DNA of 64,000 nucleotides, taken from NCBI GenBank assembly GCA_034422315.1, contig DAOUJT010000003.1, forward strand, positions 17,571 through 81,570, read 5' to 3'. This document shows, in pieces, positions 37,903 through 47,326 of this stretch. Source of the stretch: Chloroflexota bacterium. Its GTDB lineage: Bacteria > Chloroflexota > UBA11872. A program made the translations under genes and the position numbers. Positions within the stretch are counted from its first letter, which is position 1. Every line of letters begins with the position of its first letter. The notes under the pieces were generated by a model. That model worked only from the letters and a program-made list of their open reading frames with translations, made no database searches and was not told where the DNA came from.

Positions 37903-39348
37903 CTATAGAGCATCCTGCACGAAGGACTCCAACCGCTCCCGCAGCTCGAGCCATCGCTCGTAATGGTCCGCAGACGCCGACGCAGTCGCCATTTCCGGCT
38001 CGGACCAGATGCCCGTCGGCGCAAACGCGTGAGCCGCAGCGAGTAGCCCGCCGAAGTCCCGCGCCGCCGCGGCCAGCGCCGCCCCCCACGCCGGCGCGGA
38101 CATCCCGGGAAACGAGCACACCTCGCCGCCAGTCACGTTCGCCAGAATCTGACTCGCCGCCGGTGCTCGCGCATACCCGCCCGTCAGACGGATCGGGCCC
38201 GCCGTGGTCTGTACCTCGTCCAGCACCAGCCGATTCCCGTGAATCGCGAATGCCAGGTCCTCCAGAACGGCGGTCCCCAGCATCGCGGCTGTCGGGACGC
38301 CTGTTAGGAACGGCGCCGGGCTCAACATGCCCGCGACGCTTAGGCCGGGTGCATTCCAATCCATCACTCGCAGCCCCGAAAGCACGAACACGCCCGTCTC
38401 CGCCGCGGTCTCGTCGCTCATCGCCTCCATTGTGAGTTCGCCGGACGAATGCTGCGCCCGCAGCCACCCGTAGCCGGTGCCTCCATCCCCGGCATTCGCT
38501 TCCGCCGCCAACCCGCCGCCCAGGCGCCGTCCCCGCCATACCTGCGCCGTGGGCTTGGGAATCTCGACGGGCCGCAGGATCGTTGTGCTCCACCCCGCCG
38601 CCACGCAATCTCCCTCCGGCGCAGCACCGCGCGTAGCGAAGTCTGCGGCATGGGTGTCCGGCCATCCGGCCGAGACCAGGCAGACAGCTTGCAGACCGCT
38701 CGCCGCTCGTCCTTGTGCCGGAGTCGGATCGCGCTCGACCGAAGGAAGTATCGACCGAGCCCAACCGGGAATGAGATCTATCGCCCAGGCGTCCGCCGCC
38801 AGGTCCCACGCCCCCGTCTCAACGGCCGAGACGTCTGTCATTACTTGGTCCGCCCCCAGCCGCTCGGCTACCCATCCCTCCAGGGTCGTGACTCGCGCTG
38901 CGGCGTCACAGATATCGGGTCGTTCCTGCGCCAGCCAGCGCAACTTCCCGGGCCAGTGAATCATCGCCGGCGTGTGCCCGGTCACGGCTAGAAGCGGGCG
39001 TTCACTCTCCGACTCCACGGTGGCTCCGGCCAGGGAGGCCCGCACGTCGTCGTTTCCCGATGCGAACAGCACCTCATTCCGCGAATCCAACACAACAAGA
39101 CTGTGTCGGCACGCCGCCACGCCAACGGCCGAAACCTGTCGTCCTGCGCTGACCTCGTTCAGGACCTCAATGCAAGCGCGCCAGATTCCGTCTAAGTCCA
39201 GGTCGCGCTCGAATTCCATCAAGGACATCGGCGCTTTCGCCCGCATGCGTCGCGCCAGCGCCGCCTCCCGTCCCTCCGGCGTGGCGGCCACTGCTCGGAT
39301 TCCCGATGACCCGATGTCAAGGCCTACGTAGATCCGCTCAGCCATCAT
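37903..39348 (-). CDS. FGGY family carbohydrate kinase
   Basis: 481 aa. YVGLDIGSSGIRAV N-terminal ATPase motif and C-terminal ...RLTGGYARAP... / GAALAAA pattern. Confidence 0.85.
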   Translation of the reverse strand: MMAERIYVGLDIGSSGIRAVAATPEGREAALARRMRAKAPMSLMEFERDLDLDGIWRACIEVLNEVSAGRQVSAVGVAACRHSLVVLDSRNEVLFASGNDDVRASLAGATVESESERPLLAVTGHTPAMIHWPGKLRWLAQERPDICDAAARVTTLEGWVAERLGADQVMTDVSAVETGAWDLAADAWAIDLIPGWARSILPSVERDPTPAQGRAASGLQAVCLVSAGWPDTHAADFATRGAAPEGDCVAAGWSTTILRPVEIPKPTAQVWRGRRLGGGLAAEANAGDGGTGYGWLRAQHSSGELTMEAMSDETAAETGVFVLSGLRVMDWNAPGLSVAGMLSPAPFLTGVPTAAMLGTAVLEDLAFAIHGNRLVLDEVQTTAGPIRLTGGYARAPAASQILANVTGGEVCSFPGMSAPAWGAALAAAARDFGGLLAAAHAFAPTGIWSEPEMATASASADHYERWLELRERLESFVQDAL

Positions 39349-40357
39349 TGCCCAGGACGTCCGGATTCACGATCCGCTCCGGACGCGCGCCGTCGAGAAA
39401 CGCTAGGAAGTCATCAACGACCATCGCCGAATACCGTTGCACCGTGGCGTCCGTTGCGCCTCCGATGTGTGGCAACAACAGGGCATTTGGCGCATCAAGC
39501 AGCGGGTCGTCAGGTCGTATCGGGTGCGTATCGAACACGTCAAAGGCCGCCCCGGCCAGGTGTCCGTCCCGCAGCGCCGCGGCCACGTCATCCGACCGCA
39601 CCACGCCCTCACCCGTGGTCGCAACCAGGCGTGCGCCTCTTGGCATCTGGGCAAGCGCCTTCGCGTCAATCATTCCCCTCGTGGACTCAAGCGACGGGCA
39701 GTGCACAGCCAGCATCGTGGAAGTCGCCAGCAGGTCGGCCCAGGCCGCCGGTTCGCATCCAGCCGCCCGAATCTGCTCGTCGTCTAGCGCCGGATCAGTC
39801 GCCAGCACGTGCGCGCCAAACGATTTGGCCAGTCGCGCCGTCTGACGCCCAATCCGCCCCAGGCCAATAACCCCCACCACCTGTTGACCCAGTTCCGAAC
39901 CGCGCATTCCCACATAAGCCGTCACGGGGTCAGTCCAGCGACGCTCGGCTACGTATGCGGCCGCGCTCGGAACATCTCGCAACAGCGTCAGCATCATCGC
40001 GATCGTCAATTCCGCCACAGCCTCGGCGTTTCGTCCCGGCGTATGCGTCACGACGACGCCAGTTCGCGACGCTGCTGAAAGGTCCACGTGTCCCGAGTCT
40101 CCTCGGCAGATTCCCACGAAGCCGAGCCTCGGCGCCGCCTCAAACGTCTCGCCAATCAAGAAGTCGGCCTCGACAAACAGCCCAAGCACTTGCTTGGCCG
40201 CGAGCTCCTCGGCCAGTTCGTCGGGATCCATCAGCACTAGCGTCTTGGTCCAAGGCCTGACCTCGACCTCGGCGACGGCCTCAAGACGCCGCCGCTGGTC
40301 TCCGTCCAGCTCAACCAGGCTCAGCACGCGCGGCCGGATTGACGCCTCTGCCATCAC
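39338..40357 (-). CDS. D-isomer-specific 2-hydroxyacid dehydrogenase family
   Basis: 339 aa. GVIGLGRIGRQTARL Rossmann motif and AAFDVFDTHP...LLPHIGGAT. Confidence 0.85.
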   Translation of the reverse strand: MMAEASIRPRVLSLVELDGDQRRRLEAVAEVEVRPWTKTLVLMDPDELAEELAAKQVLGLFVEADFLIGETFEAAPRLGFVGICRGDSGHVDLSAASRTGVVVTHTPGRNAEAVAELTIAMMLTLLRDVPSAAAYVAERRWTDPVTAYVGMRGSELGQQVVGVIGLGRIGRQTARLAKSFGAHVLATDPALDDEQIRAAGCEPAAWADLLATSTMLAVHCPSLESTRGMIDAKALAQMPRGARLVATTGEGVVRSDDVAAALRDGHLAGAAFDVFDTHPIRPDDPLLDAPNALLLPHIGGATDATVQRYSAMVVDDFLAFLDGARPERIVNPDVLGNDG

Positions 40358-40384
40358 CCGAAGGTGCGCCTGCGCCGTCGGCGG

Positions 40385-41266
40385 CTAGGGCACATATCCC
40401 CAGCGAGCCTCGGCTTCGTCCGCGGCATCCACGGCGCCCGCCAGCGAATTGGCGCTCGCGAGCGCGGCATCCGGCGGCGCCGTTCCGACCAATACGTGAA
40501 CCTCGGCAGCTTCTTCGCTCAGCGCCCGCACACGACTTACCCACGGTGCCAACTCGACATCGCTGTAGGAGTGCGCCACCGGCTCCACCGGCGACTGCAG
40601 CGTCCGTGCCCACGCCTCCGCGTTCTGTCCATGTAGTCGCACGACCGCCAGGTCGTCCACCGTCGTCATGTCGAATGGCGGATACCACTCGTCCGTCTCC
40701 GACGGCAGATCCACAACGACCGTGCCGATCTCAAGCTCGATCAGCGTCTCCAGTGTCGTCTCTTGGTTCACCGGCACCTGCCACGTCGGATGCCGAAACT
40801 CGGCCGCCAACGGCAGATCCGGCAACGATTCACGCACACGTCCCAGGTACTCGCGCCCGGCCGTGCCCGCCTCGAACCACGGCGGAAACTGCAAGATCAC
40901 TGTCCCCAGCCGCCCCTCCACCCGCAGTGGCTCCAGCGACTCCCGCAGGTCCTCAAACAGCACGCCCGGCGGCTCCACCGCGATTTCCGTCCAGGACTTT
41001 TTCCGACGCGGGTCCGCCCCCGGCCGCCGCTGGTACAGCGTCAGCCCGCCAAAAGCCACGACGTCGAACTTGAAACCGCCGGGTGAATGATCGACCCACT
41101 CTTGTACCCGCTTCGCCTTGGGGATCCCACTGAACACGTTCTCGGCTTCCACCACCGACGCGTGCTCGGCGTAGATGCCCAGCATTTCATTAGGACGTGT
41201 ACGGGGCGGGTAGATTTCCTTCAGCCGCTGCCAGCCGCGCGTGCCGTAACGCCGGACTGCGGTCAC
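40385..41266 (-). CDS. DUF72 family protein
   Basis: 293 aa. YAEHASVVEAENVFSG..., LQFPPWF and AAEFRHPTW patterns are typical of DUF72/UPF0759. Confidence 0.8.
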   Translation of the reverse strand: MTAVRRYGTRGWQRLKEIYPPRTRPNEMLGIYAEHASVVEAENVFSGIPKAKRVQEWVDHSPGGFKFDVVAFGGLTLYQRRPGADPRRKKSWTEIAVEPPGVLFEDLRESLEPLRVEGRLGTVILQFPPWFEAGTAGREYLGRVRESLPDLPLAAEFRHPTWQVPVNQETTLETLIELEIGTVVVDLPSETDEWYPPFDMTTVDDLAVVRLHGQNAEAWARTLQSPVEPVAHSYSDVELAPWVSRVRALSEEAAEVHVLVGTAPPDAALASANSLAGAVDAADEAEARWGYVP

Positions 41267-41595
41267 GCGCTTGTCTCCGCGTCGTCGCCATCGCTCGCTC
41301 GATACCTCGTCATTCGCTCAATCTCGCGCCGGTATTCCCGATCCCGCCAGCCCTCGATCGCCCGCATCCCCGGACCGAACAACACCGCCACATGCGCGGC
41401 AAGTGCAATCAGCCAGAAGAGCATCGGCCAGAAGAACCACAGGCTCTCAGGCGTCGTAACCAGATTCAGGACCAGCAGCAAGAACCCGATCGAAAGATAA
41501 ACCCCAACGTGCGCCGCAAACCCGATTCGCGCGCGAACCCGTTCCGTCGCGCGACGAAAGGCGACGTCCTCGTCAGCAGTCGAAAGGTCGGCCAT
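41263..41595 (-). CDS. 2TM-domain membrane protein
   Basis: 110 aa. RIGFAAHVGVYLSIGFLLLVLNLV...WFFWPMLFWLIALAAHV gives two TM helices in the 2TM-domain arrangement. 4-nt overlap with the DUF72 gene. Confidence 0.65.
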   Translation of the reverse strand: MADLSTADEDVAFRRATERVRARIGFAAHVGVYLSIGFLLLVLNLVTTPESLWFFWPMLFWLIALAAHVAVLFGPGMRAIEGWRDREYRREIERMTRYRASDGDDAETSA

Positions 41596-41666
41596 CGGCG
41601 CGGCCCCCGCGGGCGGGCGCGCCGATTCTATCGTTCACCACGCGGCGACTCTCGCATCGGCAAACG

Positions 41667-43022
41667 TCAGAGCGCCTGGAGCGTCTCCCGCAACCCGCTC
41701 TCGTCCCGCGGCAACACCGTCCGGACATCAAGCCGCACACCTCCAGCGTGTATGCGTCCAATCACCGGTGGGCTAGTCGCCCGCAGGCGTGCGGCCAGCG
41801 CATCCGCTCCAGTTCGCGGACTCGTCACCTCAATCGCAACGCTCGGCAACGTCTGCCCCGGCAGTGCCCCGCCGCCCACTGCCGCACGTGACTCGACCAG
41901 GTGGACGTTCTGCACGCCCGCGATTAGCCGGTTCGCTCGCTCTCGTAGCTCATCAACGCTGGCCGCGATCATTTGCCACACCGGCACCGTCGCGACTGCC
42001 TCGTCCCGGAGGTAATGCCCCAGCGTCGCCCGTAACCCGGCAATCGTCATCTTATCGGGACGCAGGGCTCGGGCCAGCGGCCGCCGCGCAACTGGCTCCA
42101 CCACCTCAGCGGTGCCCACGACGACCCCGGCCTGCGGTCCTCCCAGTAGCTTGTCGCCCGAGAACGTCACCAGATCCGCCCCGGCCTGCAGTGCTTCCCC
42201 GATCAACGGCTCCCGCGCCAGGCCATACGCCGCCGTGTCCAGCAACGCTCCCGATCCCAGGTCGTTGATCAACAGCAGACCCCGCTCGCCTGCCAGCCTG
42301 GCCAGCTCGGTCGGGTCCGGTGACTCTGTAAACCCAACCTGCGCAAAGTTGCTTGGGTGCACCCGCATGATCGCCGCCGTCTCATCGGTGACTGCCCGCG
42401 CGTAGTCCTCCACTCGCGTTCGATTCGTCGTTCCCACGTCCCGCAGCTGCGCCCCGCTCGCTCGCAGGATGTCCGGAATCCGGAATCCGCCGCCAATCTC
42501 GATCGACTCACCCCGCGCCACCAGCACCTCGCGACCGCGCGCATGCGCCTCCAGCGCCAGGAATACTGCGGCCGCGTTGTTGTTCACGACCAGCGCCGCT
42601 TCGGCCCCTGTCACTTCCCGGACCACGTCCGCAATGTGCTTCGACCGAGAACCCCTCCGACCAGACGTCAGGTCGTACTCGAGATCGCTGTAGCCGCCCC
42701 CCGCTGCCTGGACCGCCCCCAGGGCCCGATCGCTCAACGGCGCTCGCCCCAGGTTGGTGTGAACGATTACCCCCGTGGCATTGATCACTCGCCGCGGCGC
42801 ATCCTCGAGCACAAGTCGTGCCCGCAACACTCCCGCCTCCGCAATCGCGTCGATGGTCGCCGCCTGACGTCCCCGCGTCACCGCCGCGCGCACCACTTCG
42901 ATTTCATCACGAGCAGCCCGAACTGCCATCCGTGCCGGGACGTCTGGCGCTAGCTGTTCTATCGCCTGCGCCGCCGCTTCGACCGACGGAAGCGCCCGAA
43001 ACCTCGACCCTCCGCCGCCCAT
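41667..43022 (-). CDS. selA: L-seryl-tRNA(Sec) selenium transferase
   Basis: Signature VINATGVIVHTNLGRAPLS and PLP-Lys context FSGDKLLGGPQAG. ATG at 43022 lies 1 nt downstream of the apgM stop, so it is preferred over the track start at 43055. Confidence 0.85.
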   Translation of the reverse strand: MGGGGSRFRALPSVEAAAQAIEQLAPDVPARMAVRAARDEIEVVRAAVTRGRQAATIDAIAEAGVLRARLVLEDAPRRVINATGVIVHTNLGRAPLSDRALGAVQAAGGGYSDLEYDLTSGRRGSRSKHIADVVREVTGAEAALVVNNNAAAVFLALEAHARGREVLVARGESIEIGGGFRIPDILRASGAQLRDVGTTNRTRVEDYARAVTDETAAIMRVHPSNFAQVGFTESPDPTELARLAGERGLLLINDLGSGALLDTAAYGLAREPLIGEALQAGADLVTFSGDKLLGGPQAGVVVGTAEVVEPVARRPLARALRPDKMTIAGLRATLGHYLRDEAVATVPVWQMIAASVDELRERANRLIAGVQNVHLVESRAAVGGGALPGQTLPSVAIEVTSPRTGADALAARLRATSPPVIGRIHAGGVRLDVRTVLPRDESGLRETLQAL

Positions 43023-43023
43023 G

Positions 43024-44229
43024 TCACGCCCCAAACTTCTGCAGCCTTCCGCCATGCCCCAGCATCAGCGCCATGATCGACTGGGCCGGAAACACACCCA
43101 GGGATCCCTGTCCACACGACCGCTCGCCAAACGTACGCACCGAGTCTGGCAGCACGTTCTCACCCCAGAACAGGCACGGCACCGGGTGCCACGAATGCTG
43201 ATGCAACTGGGACGACGTCGAATGGTCACCCGTCACCACCAACACGTCCGGCCCAAGCTCCAGCAGCGCCGGCAAGCGCCGATCCATCTCCTCGATAGCC
43301 GCCGCCTTCGCGTCAAAGTCTCCGTCCTCACCCCGCGCGTCAGGCGCCTTGTGGTGCACGAAGAAATAGTCATAGTCGTCCCATGTTGCCGCCAGCCCCG
43401 CCATCTGCTCGTCAACCGACTCCAACCCATCAAGAACCGCCATGCCCGCCACGCGGGCCAGCCCCTTGTACATCGGGTACGTAGCCAGGCACACCGGTTG
43501 CAGTCCGTAGAGCGAATGCAGGTCTTCCAATTCGGGCAGCCCGGCGTACCCGCGCATCAGCACGAAGTTCGCCGGCCCTTCGCTGCCAATGCAATCCCGT
43601 ACAGCCTCGGTAACCAACCGCAGCACTTCACTTGTGTGTTGAGCCGTCGCGGTCAGCGGAACCGGTTCCAGGGGTGGCACACCCACGGCCTGCGGGTCCG
43701 TCTCTTGAACCGCCGGAGACAGATAGGCGCCGCGAATGATCAGCACCGCCCGATGCTGTGACTCGGTGGCGAACTCCAGCTCGATCCCCGCAACCTCAAT
43801 CTCATTCAGCTTCGCAACCAGTTCCCGGTTAACACTCGTCTCGATCCGACCGGCTCGTCGGTCAACCACGATCCCCTGGTCATCCAGCGTGCAGAAGTTC
43901 AACCGCACGCCAAGATCGCCAGCGTCAAGCCGCAGGCCCAATCCCAGCGCCGAGAGAGCGCCTCGCCCGATGTTCGACGAGACCGGGTCGTATCCAAACA
44001 GTGCCAGGTGCCCGGGCCCGCTCCCCGGCGTAATCCCCAGCCCGATCGGCTGGCTGAGTCCGGCCTGCCCTTCTGCGGTTAGGCCATCCAGGTTCGGCGT
44101 TCTGGCGGCCTCCAGTTCCGTGGGTCCACCAGCCTCGCGCGGCAAACCGCCCAACCCATCCAGTACCAGCAAGACCAGCTTCGACTGCGCCGGCTGGGCG
44201 AGCGACCGCAAGAGGGCAAGGTCAACCAT
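43024..44229 (-). CDS. apgM: Cofactor-independent phosphoglycerate mutase, archaeal ApgM type (alkaline-phosphatase superfamily)
   Basis: 401 aa. LLVLDGLGG...TPNLD N-terminus and VVTGDHSTSS... metal-binding motifs. Confidence 0.8.
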   Translation of the reverse strand: MVDLALLRSLAQPAQSKLVLLVLDGLGGLPREAGGPTELEAARTPNLDGLTAEGQAGLSQPIGLGITPGSGPGHLALFGYDPVSSNIGRGALSALGLGLRLDAGDLGVRLNFCTLDDQGIVVDRRAGRIETSVNRELVAKLNEIEVAGIELEFATESQHRAVLIIRGAYLSPAVQETDPQAVGVPPLEPVPLTATAQHTSEVLRLVTEAVRDCIGSEGPANFVLMRGYAGLPELEDLHSLYGLQPVCLATYPMYKGLARVAGMAVLDGLESVDEQMAGLAATWDDYDYFFVHHKAPDARGEDGDFDAKAAAIEEMDRRLPALLELGPDVLVVTGDHSTSSQLHQHSWHPVPCLFWGENVLPDSVRTFGERSCGQGSLGVFPAQSIMALMLGHGGRLQKFGA

Positions 44230-44423
44230 CTGTCCGCGCGTCCCCGATCATCCTCCCGACATTATCTGGCCGCCCTGGCCCCATCGCGAGCCTTCGTTGC
44301 GCGTGGGTGCCCCCGGCACGCACGCCAGCGTCGTTTCAGCAACAGCGCGGCTCGGTATCGCCACGCGCCAGGCCGCCCCTCGGTGCTAGCCTCAAGCGAA
44401 CCGTTCCACAGCCCTGCCCCGCC

Positions 44424-45506
44424 ATGCCTGCTCGCTTACTGGTCGCCATGAGTGGCGGTGTCGACAGTTCCGTCGCCGCCGCCCTGCTGGCCCGTGATGG
44501 TTACCAGGTCGTCGGCGTCACCTTCAACCAGTGGCCGGCCGATCTCATGGCCCGCTCCACCGGCAATGGTTGCTGCACCCCCGACACTATCGACGACGCG
44601 CGCCGCGTTTGCGCCATCCTTGGAGTCTCGCATTACGTCATCGACTACCGGCGCGAATTCGAAGCCGCCGTCATCGACCCCTGGGTCAAGGCCTACCTCA
44701 ACGGACAGACTCCCAATCCTTGCGTCATGTGCAATCGAAGCGTCCGCTTCGGCTCGTTCCTCGCCAAGGCCGACGAACTCGGCGCCGACTACATCGCCAC
44801 TGGTCACTACGCCCGCATCCAGGCCGATCCAGGCACTGGGCGCCGCCGTCTTCTCACCGCCACTGATCATTCCAAGGACCAGTCCTACGTCCTGCACGTC
44901 CTCGGCCAGCGCCAACTGGCACGCACTCTCTTCCCGCTCGGCAAACTCACCAAGTCTCACGTGCGCCAACTGGCCACTGACTTCGGCCTGCCCGTTGCCC
45001 TCAAGGCCGACAGCCAGGAAATCTGTTTCGTGCCCGACAACAACCACGCCGGCTACGTGCGAGCCCACGGGTCCACCGGTGCCGGCGACATCGTCGATTC
45101 CGAGGGCCGGGTAATCGGCCGCCACGATGGCCTTGAAGCCTTTACTCCTGGCCAGCGTCGCGGTCTCAACCTCGGTGGCGGCTCGGGCCGGCGTTACGTC
45201 GTTGACCTGGATCCCGTCGGCAACCGCCTATCCGTCGGTACGCGGGCCCAGGCCACGGCGCGACGTATCGAGGTTCAGAAGGTGAATTGGATAGCCAGCA
45301 CACCGCCGTCAGGCCCCGGGCGCGTAGGCGTTCGAACCCGCTACCGAATGCCCTTGGCCGACGCCACCCTCGTCATAGCGGCGAACGGCGTAACCGTGGA
45401 CTTTCACGAACCGACCTGGGCGCCAGCCCCGGGACAGTCAGCCGTGTTCTACGACGGCGATGAAGTCCTGGGCGGAGGAACCATCGCATCGGTGACAGCC
45501 CGATGA
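44424..45506 (+). CDS. mnmA: tRNA-specific 2-thiouridylase
   Basis: In-frame ATG at 44424 gives MPARLLVAMSGGVDSSVAAALL (PP-loop SGGxDS). NPCVMCN and DQSYVL motifs. Confidence 0.9.
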   Translation: MPARLLVAMSGGVDSSVAAALLARDGYQVVGVTFNQWPADLMARSTGNGCCTPDTIDDARRVCAILGVSHYVIDYRREFEAAVIDPWVKAYLNGQTPNPCVMCNRSVRFGSFLAKADELGADYIATGHYARIQADPGTGRRRLLTATDHSKDQSYVLHVLGQRQLARTLFPLGKLTKSHVRQLATDFGLPVALKADSQEICFVPDNNHAGYVRAHGSTGAGDIVDSEGRVIGRHDGLEAFTPGQRRGLNLGGGSGRRYVVDLDPVGNRLSVGTRAQATARRIEVQKVNWIASTPPSGPGRVGVRTRYRMPLADATLVIAANGVTVDFHEPTWAPAPGQSAVFYDGDEVLGGGTIASVTAR

Positions 45507-45838
45507 ACACAACCCGGGTTCCCCAGGAAGACCCATACTGCCCCCGCTGCTTCCGACTGGTCCTCAAACGCCACGTTTTTTGCCAGTTGTGCGGGCAATT
45601 CGTCCATCAGAACGCCCCTGCTGATTCCCGACGCTGGGACTCACGTCCTCCCGAAATTCCCGCCGCTGCCCCCATCGTGGCGCCCGCCGCTCCAAACATC
45701 GACCTACCTGAAGACGCGCTCCCATACGGTGCGGCGGGTGGTGCCGCGGGCGACGAAGCTCCCGTCGAAACTAGCGCATTGCCGCCAACGGCGGCCTCCG
45801 ACACGCCTAGCGAAAAAACCGATACCGAATCAGCTTGA
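45503..45838 (+). CDS. Zinc-ribbon domain protein with Pro/Ala-rich tail (hypothetical)
   Basis: 111 aa. CPRCFRLVLKRHVFCQLCG (CxxC-N12-CxxC). ATGA overlap with the mnmA stop. Its 3' end overlaps the convergent GT2 gene by 32 nt. Confidence 0.55.
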   Translation: MNTTRVPQEDPYCPRCFRLVLKRHVFCQLCGQFVHQNAPADSRRWDSRPPEIPAAAPIVAPAAPNIDLPEDALPYGAAGGAAGDEAPVETSALPPTAASDTPSEKTDTESA

Positions 45839-46487
45839 GCACGGCCTCCGGCCCGTCCACCCACCACCGCAGCTTCTTCTTCTCTTCACGGGCCTCGTAG
45901 CTGATCGGCACCTGGGCGATCCGCTCACCGCGTGATACGAATGCCGCCGTCAGTTCCACTTCCAAATCGAACGAGTCCGCTTCAAGCGTTACGCCCTCCA
46001 GTACCTCGCGCCGCCACATCTTGTAGCAGGTCTCCATGTCCCGAATCGCCACGCCGTAGAGCAAATTGGTCAACAGCGTGAGCGCCTGGTTCCCGGCCCG
46101 TAACAGGAACCGCTGGCTGCTGAAGTCGCGGTAGCCGTACACCACCCGAGCCTCGCCGGACTCAATCAACTCCAGCATCGGAAGAAAGTCGTTCGGGTGG
46201 TATTCCAGGTCGGCGTCCTGGATCACAATCACGTCGCCGCTGACCTCGGCCAGCCCTGTTCGGACGGCGGCGCCTTTTCCTTGATTGACTGGATGGCGGA
46301 CGACTCGCACGCCCGGAATATCGGCCTCGGTGATCGCGTCCAGCGTCCGGTCGGTCGAACTGTCGTCCACCACCACAATCTCGGTGTCCAGATCCAGCGC
46401 GGACACCCGCTCCAGCACTAACGAGATCGTCTCCGCTTCGTTGAATGCGGGAACGACCACGCTTAGCTTGATCTGAGACCTCGCCAT
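45807..46487 (-). CDS. Family 2 glycosyltransferase (polyprenol-phosphate sugar synthase-like)
   Basis: 226 aa. LSVVVPAFNEAETI, VVVDDSSTDRT and VIQDADLEY (DxD) motifs. Confidence 0.85.
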   Translation of the reverse strand: MARSQIKLSVVVPAFNEAETISLVLERVSALDLDTEIVVVDDSSTDRTLDAITEADIPGVRVVRHPVNQGKGAAVRTGLAEVSGDVIVIQDADLEYHPNDFLPMLELIESGEARVVYGYRDFSSQRFLLRAGNQALTLLTNLLYGVAIRDMETCYKMWRREVLEGVTLEADSFDLEVELTAAFVSRGERIAQVPISYEAREEKKKLRWWVDGPEAVLKLIRYRFFR

Positions 46488-47242
46488 AGCTGAATTATGT
46501 CAAGAAAAGAGTTCAATATCACCCGCGGACTATTGCCGGACTGTACGCCGGCCTGCCGCGGATAGTGCGTCACGCCAACCTGCGTGAAGCTGTGCCCGCC
46601 CCGCAGGGCGCGAGCGATCAGTTCGGCTGAAATCGCCGCGCCGCGTCCGGATATGAAGTCCTCCACCGGCACCGCGTCTCGCCGATACAGCTTGAACCCG
46701 CAGTCAAGGTCCCGCACCCGAAAACCCAGCAGAATCCGCACCGACAATCCCCAGAGCCACGCGTTAAGCCGCCGATAAAACGGATCCGCTCGGTTGATCC
46801 GATATCCCAGCACAAACCCGTGGTCGTCCAGCGCGTTCACAACGGCCGGCAGGTCCTCCAGCGAGAACTGTCCATCGCCGTCGGCGCAAAAGATCAGATC
46901 ACCAGTCGCCGACTCAAACCCCGTCCGCAGCGCCCGTCCGTACCCCAGATTCGTCGGGTGCGAAACTACCCGCACCCGCGGGTCGTCCTCCGCAATCGCG
47001 CCTGCAATTGCTGCCGTCTCATCAGTCGACCCGTCATTGACGATGATGACTTCAAAGTCATCGGCAACGCCCGGCAGGTACTCCAGCGCGTTACCAACGA
47101 CCTGCTCCACGTTCTCCGCCTCATTGTGGCAGGGAAAAAAGACGCTGATTGAGGCCCACGGACTGGGCGCGTCTGGAGTTTGCTGCAAGTCGGTCCCCCA
47201 ACTCAGAAACCGGCTGGGCGCGAATGTATGGCCCACTGCCAT
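46463..47242 (-). CDS. Family 2 glycosyltransferase
   Basis: Only the C-terminal 259 codons of track ORF 46463-48139 look real: ISVFFPCHNEAENV, IIVNDGSTDET, FCADGDGQF. Start is ATG 47242, or possibly 47293. The rest of that ORF is antisense to the TIM-barrel gene. Confidence 0.8.
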   Translation of the reverse strand: MAVGHTFAPSRFLSWGTDLQQTPDAPSPWASISVFFPCHNEAENVEQVVGNALEYLPGVADDFEVIIVNDGSTDETAAIAGAIAEDDPRVRVVSHPTNLGYGRALRTGFESATGDLIFCADGDGQFSLEDLPAVVNALDDHGFVLGYRINRADPFYRRLNAWLWGLSVRILLGFRVRDLDCGFKLYRRDAVPVEDFISGRGAAISAELIARALRGGHSFTQVGVTHYPRQAGVQSGNSPRVILNSFLDIIQLWRGLRSS

Positions 47243-47326
47243 TCGTCCGCCGGTGACTATGGCACACGACCGCCTGCCACCGGTAAACGGCATAATTCCA
47301 GGTCGTCTCCGCAAGGGATCGGGCCA

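Noticed and set aside
37718-38809. 363-aa minus-strand ORF
   Set aside because: It is an alternative frame inside the FGGY kinase gene. The Gly/Arg-rich translation has no motifs. Shadow ORF.
40339-41073. 244-aa plus-strand ORF
   Set aside because: It is antisense to the DUF72 gene. The Pro/Ala/Arg-rich translation is a shadow ORF.
44296-44330. Imperfect hairpin GCGTGGGTGCC-ccc-GGCACGCACGC in the apgM/mnmA divergent intergenic region as an ncRNA or riboswitch
   Set aside because: It is a single short GC hairpin with one mismatch and no flanking conserved riboswitch motifs that I can recognise. It is more likely incidental in GC-rich DNA.
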